Shown one piece after another: positions 37,125-44,383 of a stretch of 47,800 nucleotides of DNA. The notes below the pieces were generated by a model. That model was not told the DNA's origin. It ran no database searches and saw only the letters and a list, made by a program, of their open reading frames with translations. Each line of letters opens with the position of its first letter. Position 1 is the first letter of the stretch. Source of the stretch: Spirochaetia bacterium (GTDB taxonomy: Bacteria > Spirochaetota > Leptospiria > Turneriellales > JAOUFE01); NCBI GenBank assembly GCA_029858425.1, contig JAOUFE010000001.1, positions 1 through 47,800 of the forward strand, in the 5' to 3' direction. The position numbers and the translations under genes were made by a program.

Positions 37125-38120
37125 TTACAAGTTTATCACGTTAAAATGCGTTTCGGAATCTTTGCGTTTCCATACAGCTTTTTTCATGTCCGCCGAAATT
37201 GTAGAGCCAATAATTTTATCCTGCACTATGGCGCTGCTGCTAACCGCCTTGGACGCAATGGCCGAGGCAATTCTCAGTCCTTCAAAAGACATCGTTTTAT
37301 ATTCAACCACGCCTATGCGGAGGTCTAACTCGGAAAAATTTAACTCTCCGGTAAAGTACTTTTTGTAAAGCCTTAATAAATATCGCCTTGGAATATATCC
37401 GCTGACCATACCTCCGGAAATTTCAATATATAAAAACATCCTTCTTTCGGCTTTCCATCGCCCGGAGAACAGATTTTCAATTACATCCTGGCGTCCGGAT
37501 TTAATGGCAACGGCAATTAAATCATTTGCGCGCATCAAACGCATTATCCCTCTCATAAACATATACAACAGCATAACGCCCCAGAAAAAGGCATGGAAGT
37601 AGAGAAAATCAGGACTCAACCATATCTTGGTAAAGGCCATGTCCGGTTTTTGAACTTTGTATGTAAACGTCCACAATACAGCCTCTTGATTTTTTTTCTG
37701 ATGGCAGATCAAACAAGGCTGAGAAGCGTTTTCAATATATTCTACTTTATCGTCAGGTAAATAACGATATGTATTGATTTCGCTTTTTTTTACTTTTTCA
37801 ACAAACTCCATCGTTGTTTGAATACAAACATCGCCAAATTCTTTTTTTATTTTTTTTTGCTGAAGGGATTTGCATTTGAATAATGGTTTCCATACAAAAG
37901 GTTCGGCGCCGTTCAATTTTAAATTCATGAGTTCCTGACGCCGGATATCCAGAGCTTTCTCATACAAAATTTTGCTCGGATCAAATTTTTCTTTTTGATA
38001 AAGATAATACACGATAAAAACAAACAAACAATATACTGCTATAAGGGATGCGAATACATACCATGGCCATAAAAAAGGATGAAAAAAACGATGCCTGATT
38101 ACCCGGGAATTTCCCCACAT
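37125..38120 (-). CDS. Two-TM membrane protein with a periplasmic CXXCH (c-type haem) motif and an unassigned cytoplasmic C-terminal domain
   Basis: TM1 is about aa 16-41 and TM2 about aa 169-190. CLICH lies at aa 136-140 (nt 37701-37715, TGT TTG ATC TGC CAT on the minus strand). The gene starts 5 nt after the sigma-factor stop. Confidence 0.6.
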   Translation of the reverse strand: MWGNSRVIRHRFFHPFLWPWYVFASLIAVYCLFVFIVYYLYQKEKFDPSKILYEKALDIRRQELMNLKLNGAEPFVWKPLFKCKSLQQKKIKKEFGDVCIQTTMEFVEKVKKSEINTYRYLPDDKVEYIENASQPCLICHQKKNQEAVLWTFTYKVQKPDMAFTKIWLSPDFLYFHAFFWGVMLLYMFMRGIMRLMRANDLIAVAIKSGRQDVIENLFSGRWKAERRMFLYIEISGGMVSGYIPRRYLLRLYKKYFTGELNFSELDLRIGVVEYKTMSFEGLRIASAIASKAVSSSAIVQDKIIGSTISADMKKAVWKRKDSETHFNVINL

Positions 38121-38125
38121 ATAGA

Positions 38126-39130
38126 TTAACCGCCAGGCAAAAAGGCTTCCAGTTCTTTTTTATGCCCGTATTTTTGAAGCTTTAGCAAGGTTTTTTTTTC
38201 AATTTGCCGCACTCTTTCTTTGGATAATTTAAATTTTTTCCCGGCCTGGGTAAGAGACAGGCGAGGTTTCCCGTTTAAACCAAAACGATATTCGATAATC
38301 TCCCTTTCGGAGACAGTAAGTTCGTCGAGAATAACGTTAATGACCTCATGTAATGCCTGATTCATGGCTTCTGATTCGGGAGACTCGTATTTGCTATCTT
38401 CCATGGTAGACATCTGGGTATTTTCAGAGTCATTGCCCAGCGGCGCGTCAAGGGAAACATAATCGGAGGATATTTGCTTTAACCATTTGACCTCTTCCAG
38501 GGGGATGTCGACTCTTTCGGCAATTTGAGCCATGGTTGGTTCATGTCCAAGTTCATTTTCAAGTTCTTTCTGGATCTTCTCTATGCGATTTAAATCAATA
38601 GTTCGGTTCATGGGCAGACGAATAATAGATGCTTTCTGATTTATGGCCAGAATAATTGCCTGACGAATCCACCAGACAGCGTAGCTGATGAAATGAAATC
38701 CCATATCCGGATCAAAACGTTCTGCGGCTTTAATTAAACCCATATTTCCTTCATTTATCAAGTCAAGCAGGCTTATCCCGTATTTTTGATATTTTTTTGC
38801 CACCTGAACCACAAAGCGCAGATTGGCTACCACAAGCTTTTCCTTGGCATTCTCATCGCCGGCAATGGTCAAACGGGCAAGTCTGTCCTCTTCTTCCCTC
38901 GTTAATAGCGGTATTTTATTTATTTCTTCAAGATACCATTGAATGCTCGATTCAATGTGCGTGTGTTTTCCTGGCTTGTCCGGAGGCTCCAGATCGTCTT
39001 CCAGAGGCGGCACCAGATCGCCCACATCGGATAAATCTGCCCCGATTAAAGGCGATTCTTCATCAGGCGATTCCGCCGTATCGCTCTGGATTTTGTCCGA
39101 TTTTAGAGTTTTTTTTATTTTTTTTGCCAT
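38126..39130 (-). CDS. RNA polymerase sigma factor, sigma-70 family (RpoD/RpoS-like, group 1/2)
   Basis: YLEEINKIPLLTREEE, NLRFVVQVAKKY, EGNMGLIKAAERFD, YAVWWIRQAI and region 4.2 LSKERVRQIEKKTLLKL. The N-terminus is acidic. Confidence 0.9.
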   Translation of the reverse strand: MAKKIKKTLKSDKIQSDTAESPDEESPLIGADLSDVGDLVPPLEDDLEPPDKPGKHTHIESSIQWYLEEINKIPLLTREEEDRLARLTIAGDENAKEKLVVANLRFVVQVAKKYQKYGISLLDLINEGNMGLIKAAERFDPDMGFHFISYAVWWIRQAIILAINQKASIIRLPMNRTIDLNRIEKIQKELENELGHEPTMAQIAERVDIPLEEVKWLKQISSDYVSLDAPLGNDSENTQMSTMEDSKYESPESEAMNQALHEVINVILDELTVSEREIIEYRFGLNGKPRLSLTQAGKKFKLSKERVRQIEKKTLLKLQKYGHKKELEAFLPGG

Positions 39131-39312
39131 GATCTATCCAAGCGGTCAATAATTTCTTTTGGCCTGACATCTATTGATTAACGGCTCAAAAAGCCGCTTT
39201 CTTAAACACGCAAATTTCATTTGTAAGGGCGTCTGTAACATGGAATCGCAGATTTTATTTGCGGATATTCCTGTAAAGGTATTTATTTTGAAAAAGGAGT
39301 AGGAGCCTCGCT

Positions 39313-39529
39313 AAATGTAATAAAATGCGCAGTTTTGGGGTTGTCAAGAAAGAAAAAATATCACCACGACGCACCAGAGCACACGGAGAAACTACGGAAA
39401 AATGCGTTTTGAGGCGTTTGTTCATCAAAATCTCCGTGGTTCCGTGGTTCATTGCCGACTTTTTAGACAACCCTAAAACTGCGTGAGTCTAAATCATTCT
39501 GACTGAATTTTCAGTTCATGCCCAAGCTC
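39313..39529 (+). repeat. Palindromic intergenic element, copy D (composite: core plus right arm, left arm missing, interrupted by a nested insert)
   Basis: AAATGTAATAAAATGCGCAGTTTTGGGG [insert] CCCTAAAACTGCGTGAGTCTAAATCATTCTGACTGAATTTTCAGTTCATGCCCAAGCTC aligns to the reverse complement of copy B and to the right arm of copy A. Confidence 0.6.
39340..39471 (+). mobile_element. ~132-bp nested mini-element with 13-bp imperfect terminal inverted repeats, sitting in the loop of copy D's inner hairpin
   Basis: The ends are GTTGTCAAGAAAG (39340-39352) and CTTTTTAGACAAC (39459-39471), whose reverse complement GTTGTCTAAAAAG matches at 11 of 13 positions. Internal inverted motifs are CACGGAG (39382-39388) and CTCCGTG (39432-39438), plus a tandem TCCGTGGT x2 (39433-39448). 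Confidence 0.45.
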
Positions 39530-39555
39530 TGAAACGCAAGCTATGAAACGCAAGC
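39530..39555 (+). repeat. Direct repeat TGAAACGCAAGC x2 (period 14) abutting element D
   Basis: 39530-39541 and 39544-39555 are identical and separated by TA. Confidence 0.8.
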
Positions 39556-39585
39556 CCCAATGCAATTGGTTCAAGCTCCGAATAG

Positions 39586-40449
39586 CTAATACCCCAACTT
39601 GTGCAGTACAAAAACCAGTACAGAAAAACACAAGCAATAAACGCCAAAATAATGCCATTTCCCGTTTTCAAGCCAGCGGGAAAGCAATTTTAGTGCAAGC
39701 ATACCGGATACAAAACTCATCAACATCCCGAATATTGCAGGTGAAAACAAAGCGGTCATGGCAGCCATATCAAGGGCGGCATTTTTTTGTTCCTTTACAA
39801 GCCTCATAACTTCACGTAAAATTACCGGAGGAGTAAGCACTACGGCCAGAGCAAAACTAAATTCTTCCGCTTTTTGCTTTATTACCCCAAGAACAAGCCC
39901 TGTGGAAATAGTCGCTCCTGACCTTGAAAACCCGCGAAACGGCAAACAAATTCCCTGAACCATTCCAATCCATGTCGATTCTTTTATGCCAATAATCTTG
40001 TCTGTCGCAGCTTTCCTTCTGGTTATCAATCCTGAAAAAATTATAAAAATCCCCACGCTGCTTAGAGCCAGCGCAATCCAGTCAAGGTTGCCAAAAATAT
40101 CTTCAATTTCCGCGCCCGGAGACTCTTTTAAGACAACCCTCTCAATAAAATATTTTAACGATAAACCGACCAAACCGGTAAATAGTGTCGCAATTGCAAT
40201 AAGCTTGACGCTTTCTGCAAAAACCTTCATGGATGAAAAAAAACTTTTCATCCATGATTTCCAGAAGAAAAATATTACAGCAAACATTGTACCGGTATGC
40301 AGCATCACAAGTAAAAACGTCATTTCAGGACTGGTCGGATCAAGACCCATCAGTTTTGCCGCTACAATTACATGGGCTGAACTGGATACCGGCAACAACT
40401 CTGCCGCACCCTGAATTAATGCCAGAATAGAAATATTGAATATAGTCAT
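39586..40449 (-). CDS. uppP: Undecaprenyl-diphosphate phosphatase UppP (BacA)
   Basis: AAELLPVSSSAH, PFRGFSRSGATIS and eight hydrophobic segments. Confidence 0.9.
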   Translation of the reverse strand: MTIFNISILALIQGAAELLPVSSSAHVIVAAKLMGLDPTSPEMTFLLVMLHTGTMFAVIFFFWKSWMKSFFSSMKVFAESVKLIAIATLFTGLVGLSLKYFIERVVLKESPGAEIEDIFGNLDWIALALSSVGIFIIFSGLITRRKAATDKIIGIKESTWIGMVQGICLPFRGFSRSGATISTGLVLGVIKQKAEEFSFALAVVLTPPVILREVMRLVKEQKNAALDMAAMTALFSPAIFGMLMSFVSGMLALKLLSRWLENGKWHYFGVYCLCFSVLVFVLHKLGY

Positions 40450-40466
40450 GTCATTCCTTTGCGCCT

Positions 40467-40537
40467 GAGCTGGAACTCGAAAATTTTGGGACGCCTCGTC
40501 AATGCTAAATTCATGTTCAATGATTTATTTTAAATTT
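40467..40537 (-). repeat. Degenerate partial copy (E) of the palindromic element
   Basis: GAGCTGGAACTCGAAAATT, then ~21 nt, then AAATTCATGTTCAATGATTTATTTTAAATTT. Compare the reverse complement of copy A, GAGCTCATGCAGGAACTCGAAATTCAGTCAGAATGATTTAAATT. Confidence 0.35.
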
Positions 40538-40682
40538 AACCGGGGGGCAGCGCAGGCTCTTTTGACGAAGTCAAAAAGCCGCAGCGGGGGGGCCGGAAAT
40601 TTACATATCTCAAACCAGCATTGCGCCGCATCTGCCCCCTTTTATTCTTGACACGGCAATATCGATTCCGCACATAAAATTC

Positions 40683-41309
40683 ATGAGCAAAGCAATGGAT
40701 TATCTTCTGGAAGTCAGAGGGGAAGCGCTGATACCCTATTTCAGCTTTTTAAAAGAAGCGGGGAAACACCTTGATGTAAAGACAAGAGATCTCATTTCGG
40801 TAATTACAAAGGTTGACGCACAGACCGAGAAAGGACTAAAACAATATCTGAACCGGGCTCTTGCCAACGGCTGCGCCGCCAACGAAATTATCGACGCCCT
40901 GCTCATGGCCTTTCCAACGCTGGGTTTGACGAAAATTATCTGGGCCATAGATATTATTTTAAAAATGGATCTGCCTGACTTTACGCCGGATATGCTACAA
41001 CACAAACAGGAATGGATCCGGATATGCGCTGCCGATGAAATTTCTTCAGGAACGGTTCAGCATTTAAAGGTTGAGAAGAGGAATGTATTTATTTACCGGG
41101 AAAACAACTCCTTTAAGGTTTTTGACAGCCATTGCCCGCACCGATCTGAAGACATCAAGCTTGAGGCTCTGGATCAGTTTACCCTGACATGCCCGCGCCA
41201 CAAATGGGAATTTGATATTAGGACCGGACAATGCCTGAAAAATGGATCACACCCTCTAAGATCGTTTACATGCAAAGTCGAAAATAATACGTTGTACGCA
41301 TTTTGGTGA
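40683..41309 (+). CDS. Fusion protein: carboxymuconolactone-decarboxylase (AhpD-like) domain + Rieske [2Fe-2S] domain
   Basis: The N-terminal part LDVKTRDLISVI...ALANGCAANEIIDALLMAF is CMD-like. The C-terminal part has CPHRSEDI...CPRHKWEF (CxH...CxxH Rieske ligands). Confidence 0.75.
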   Translation: MSKAMDYLLEVRGEALIPYFSFLKEAGKHLDVKTRDLISVITKVDAQTEKGLKQYLNRALANGCAANEIIDALLMAFPTLGLTKIIWAIDIILKMDLPDFTPDMLQHKQEWIRICAADEISSGTVQHLKVEKRNVFIYRENNSFKVFDSHCPHRSEDIKLEALDQFTLTCPRHKWEFDIRTGQCLKNGSHPLRSFTCKVENNTLYAFW

Positions 41310-41310
41310 A

Positions 41311-43371
41311 ATGCGGTTTCCATTTTCCATTAGTTCCCTGTTTTGCAGCCTCCTGATCTTGTCAGGATTTATGTCCCCGGTAAGAGCGGGATTTGTTGTC
41401 AATATTTACGATGCCATGGGAAAATATCGCCTTGGTCATTATCTGGAAATACTTGAAGATCCATCCCGCCAGATGACCTTTGAACAAATTTCATCGCCAA
41501 AGGCCAGGAATCTGTTTGTTGAAAGTCAAAGCGAAATTCCCAATTTTGGATTTTCCGATTCCGTATTCTGGGTGCGTTTCCGATTGCTGAATTCGGCGAA
41601 ATACTCCAAAGAATACTACCTGGAATTTTCACAGCCGCTGACAGATCATATAACAATATACTATCTTGACGAAAACGGTAGTTATAAAACCAAAAAAGCG
41701 GGAGACAACCTTCCTTTTCTGAAAAGGGATATTGACTTTCACAATTTCATATTTCAGCTTCCCGTTCATTCCGGCATGAATACATACTATTTGCGCATCG
41801 ACACAACAAGTTCCGTTACCATCGATATGAAACTTTTCAGTCATGCGGCTCTGCTGGATATGATGAACAGCGTAAAAACCTGGCTTGGATTTTACTACGG
41901 AATTATGATGGTCATGCTTCTCTACAATTTATTTATTTATCTGACTTTTCGCGACATAAATTATCTGTATTATGCTACCTATATTTTATCGTTTATTATT
42001 TTTCAATTTACCCTCAATGGATTATCATTTCAATACCTGTGGCCAAACTCTATCTGGTGGGCCAACCAGAGTCCCGCCATTTTAATGGGGATCATCAGCC
42101 TTACCGGGCTGATTTTTACCCGCTATTTTCTGCGTACCTGGGAAAACGCTCGTTTATGGGATAATGTACTGGTTGCGTTGAGTATTCCAGTTGGGCTTTC
42201 TATCATTGTTTCCGTGTTCTCTTATAAATACGGTATTCGATTTGGAACCATCATTGGCCCTGTTTTACTGGCGACAATGCTGATTACCGGTTTTGTCTGC
42301 CTCCTTCGGGGTGACCGGGCCGCAAGATACTATTTGCTTGCCTGGTCTTTTTTTCTGGTCGGTTCGATTCTCAAGGCGTTGCAGAGTAACGGAATTGTTG
42401 CCTCAACTTTCATTACGATTTGGGGACAACAAATAGGGTCTGCCATTGATGTCACCCTTTTATCCCTTGCCATGATGGATCGATTTAACCTGATAAAAGT
42501 TGAAAATGAAAAAAACCAGTTTGAGCTTATTGAAATAGAGAAACTCCAGAGCGAGTCTCTTGAAAAAACTGTCCAGACAAGAACCAACGAACTTTTAATT
42601 GAACGTAACAAGCTACAATCCCGCAATAAAATTATGGAGTATGAAATTTCCCTTGCGCGATCTATTCAACAAAAAATGATCCCGGTTGAAATAAAACAAG
42701 GCAATATAGCGGCCATGTACCATCCCATGATTATGGTGGGGGGAGATTTTTACGACATCATCAGTTTTAAAGATTCCAGCAAAACCGGAATCTTTATGAG
42801 CGATGTGGCCGGACATGGCGTTCAGGCGGCGTTTATTACTTCGATGATTAAAACAGTTCTGCTGCAATCGCGCGACAAACTGGGAAATCCGGCTGAATTA
42901 TTAGCCCACATCAATGACTTTCTGACCGGCTTGAATATTCAGGGATTTATCACAATATATTATGGTATTTACGATCCTGCTGATCGCAGCCTGATCTTTT
43001 CCAACGGTGGGCATCCTTCGCCCTATATTATTTCCGATGATGTTCGAGAATTAAAAGGATATCGAACGATTCCTGTAGGCATCATGGACAACGAGGGTAT
43101 GAACCGCATGGGAAGAATTTTCCAAAATGACACCCGCCAGCTTCCCCCAGGGAGCAAACTTTTGCTTTATACCGATGGTATAACAGAATGTACTCCGGTA
43201 TCCGACTGGCATAAAAGTTTTGACCAGCATGGACTAAAAGAGGTATTCCTGAACCACAAGGACGAACCCTGCCATATTTTTTTAAACAGTTTATTCAACA
43301 GTCTTGTCAACTTTCGGGGAGATAATGCTTTTTCGGATGATATCTGCGCTGTTTGCCTTGATATATTGTAG
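41311..43371 (+). CDS. 7TMR-DISM receptor fused to a PP2C/SpoIIE-type serine phosphatase (RsbU-like)
   Basis: Signal peptide, 7TMR-DISMED2-like module and seven helices (ARYYLLAWSFFLVG), then a coiled coil. Phosphatase motifs are VGGDFYDI, MSDVAGHGVQAAF, NGGHPSPY, LLLYTDGITE and DDICAVCL. It starts 2 nt after the Rieske gene stop. Confidence 0.85.
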   Translation: MRFPFSISSLFCSLLILSGFMSPVRAGFVVNIYDAMGKYRLGHYLEILEDPSRQMTFEQISSPKARNLFVESQSEIPNFGFSDSVFWVRFRLLNSAKYSKEYYLEFSQPLTDHITIYYLDENGSYKTKKAGDNLPFLKRDIDFHNFIFQLPVHSGMNTYYLRIDTTSSVTIDMKLFSHAALLDMMNSVKTWLGFYYGIMMVMLLYNLFIYLTFRDINYLYYATYILSFIIFQFTLNGLSFQYLWPNSIWWANQSPAILMGIISLTGLIFTRYFLRTWENARLWDNVLVALSIPVGLSIIVSVFSYKYGIRFGTIIGPVLLATMLITGFVCLLRGDRAARYYLLAWSFFLVGSILKALQSNGIVASTFITIWGQQIGSAIDVTLLSLAMMDRFNLIKVENEKNQFELIEIEKLQSESLEKTVQTRTNELLIERNKLQSRNKIMEYEISLARSIQQKMIPVEIKQGNIAAMYHPMIMVGGDFYDIISFKDSSKTGIFMSDVAGHGVQAAFITSMIKTVLLQSRDKLGNPAELLAHINDFLTGLNIQGFITIYYGIYDPADRSLIFSNGGHPSPYIISDDVRELKGYRTIPVGIMDNEGMNRMGRIFQNDTRQLPPGSKLLLYTDGITECTPVSDWHKSFDQHGLKEVFLNHKDEPCHIFLNSLFNSLVNFRGDNAFSDDICAVCLDIL

Positions 43372-43401
43372 AAAATTTAGGGTTGCTTTTTTACTTACTT
43401 C

Positions 43402-44289
43402 TTGAAGTTTGTCAAAGATATGCCTTACTTCCCTTTATCGGAACACGAAGACAAAAAATTGTATTATATCGACGAAGGCAAAGGCGATGTCCTTTTTTTA
43501 ATCCACAACTGGTATCAAAACGGGAAAATTTGCTATGCGCCATATGTGGATCATTTTTCAGAGAAATACAGGGTAATTATCCCCGACTTGCCGGGACACG
43601 GCAGGAGCTTTAAGGGGAGAAACCACCACTATTCCCTGAAAAGCACCATATCCATCCTGACGATTTTCCTGAAGCAGCTAAAAAAAGAAAAAAACACCAT
43701 ATATCTCCTGGGAAGCTCCATGGGCGCATATATTGCGCTCAGCATATCGCTGCGCTATCCGGAACTGGCTGAAAATCTGATTTTGATTTCCACGCTGGTC
43801 GACTTTAATGTAAACTCTACCGAAATTGAAAAAATGCTGAGCCATGGTCCGGCGTTGCTGCACGCAAACCTGACCTATAGGGCTGTACGCGGACTATTCC
43901 CGTTTGACGGCAGAAAAAACAAATTCTGGCAAATCAATGGAAAAATACCCGGAAAATGGAAGCACTATAATCAAGTTATGGAAAATCATCCCATTTATGC
44001 CGCTCGCGATTACATGGAAAGTTTTCTCGATGCATCTATCAAAGAAGATTTTCCTAAAAACAACAAACCTACATTGATGATTTATGGTGAAAACGATCAA
44101 TTGACGCCTACGGATTTTGCGAGTTCCGTAGCGAGCAAAATGCCGAGAGGAATTTTGCGTATTATCGAGGGTAGCGGACACCATGTTTATCTAAAAAAAC
44201 CCGACCGAATATTTAAACTGGCAGATGAATTCCTGGAAGAACATAAAAAACGCTATTTTAAATGGCTGAAAATGTTCTGGCGAAGATAG
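43402..44289 (+). CDS. Alpha/beta hydrolase
   Basis: LFLIHNWYQNG, nucleophile elbow GSSMGA, and GSGHHVYL (His). Confidence 0.75.
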   Translation: MKFVKDMPYFPLSEHEDKKLYYIDEGKGDVLFLIHNWYQNGKICYAPYVDHFSEKYRVIIPDLPGHGRSFKGRNHHYSLKSTISILTIFLKQLKKEKNTIYLLGSSMGAYIALSISLRYPELAENLILISTLVDFNVNSTEIEKMLSHGPALLHANLTYRAVRGLFPFDGRKNKFWQINGKIPGKWKHYNQVMENHPIYAARDYMESFLDASIKEDFPKNNKPTLMIYGENDQLTPTDFASSVASKMPRGILRIIEGSGHHVYLKKPDRIFKLADEFLEEHKKRYFKWLKMFWRR

Positions 44290-44383
44290 AACATTAAAGA
44301 TGAATATCTGGCCGGGCTCAGGTGGAAACCTTAATCTTTGCAAAATTTGCTTGTCGAGGTATTTCTATATTTACTCCTCTCTC

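Noticed and set aside
39255-39470. 71-aa ORF (minus strand) in the sigma/uppP intergenic region
   Set aside because: It lies entirely within the repeat element and its nested insert. The sequence is low-complexity (..NHGTTEI..FSVVSPCALV..) of the kind produced by translating CACGGAG-type repeats, and it has no RBS context.
39131-39585. The 455-bp gap as a possible host of a structured RNA gene (RNase P RNA, tmRNA, SRP RNA, 6S, tRNA)
   Set aside because: I could not find the conserved cores: no GGAAAGTCCGG-type P4 for RNase P, no SRP domain IV motif, and no tRNA-like acceptor/T-arm. GGTTCAAGCTCC at 39567 has no pairing stem. The repeats explain most of the length.
40648-40680. Sigma-70-like promoter TTGACA (40648-40653) upstream of the CMD-Rieske gene
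   Set aside because: Candidate -10 hexamers are poor or badly spaced: CACATA at 17 nt, CATAAA at 19 nt and TAAAAT at 21 nt. They sit only 3-8 nt from the ATG, which would require a leaderless mRNA. This is not enough to call.
44300-44383. N-terminal extension of the aminotransferase (track start 44300)
   Set aside because: The extension (MNIWPGSGGNLNLCKICLSRYFYIYSSL) is not aminotransferase-like. The family N-terminus (MQLSNRLNAIEASPT) begins at ATG 44384.
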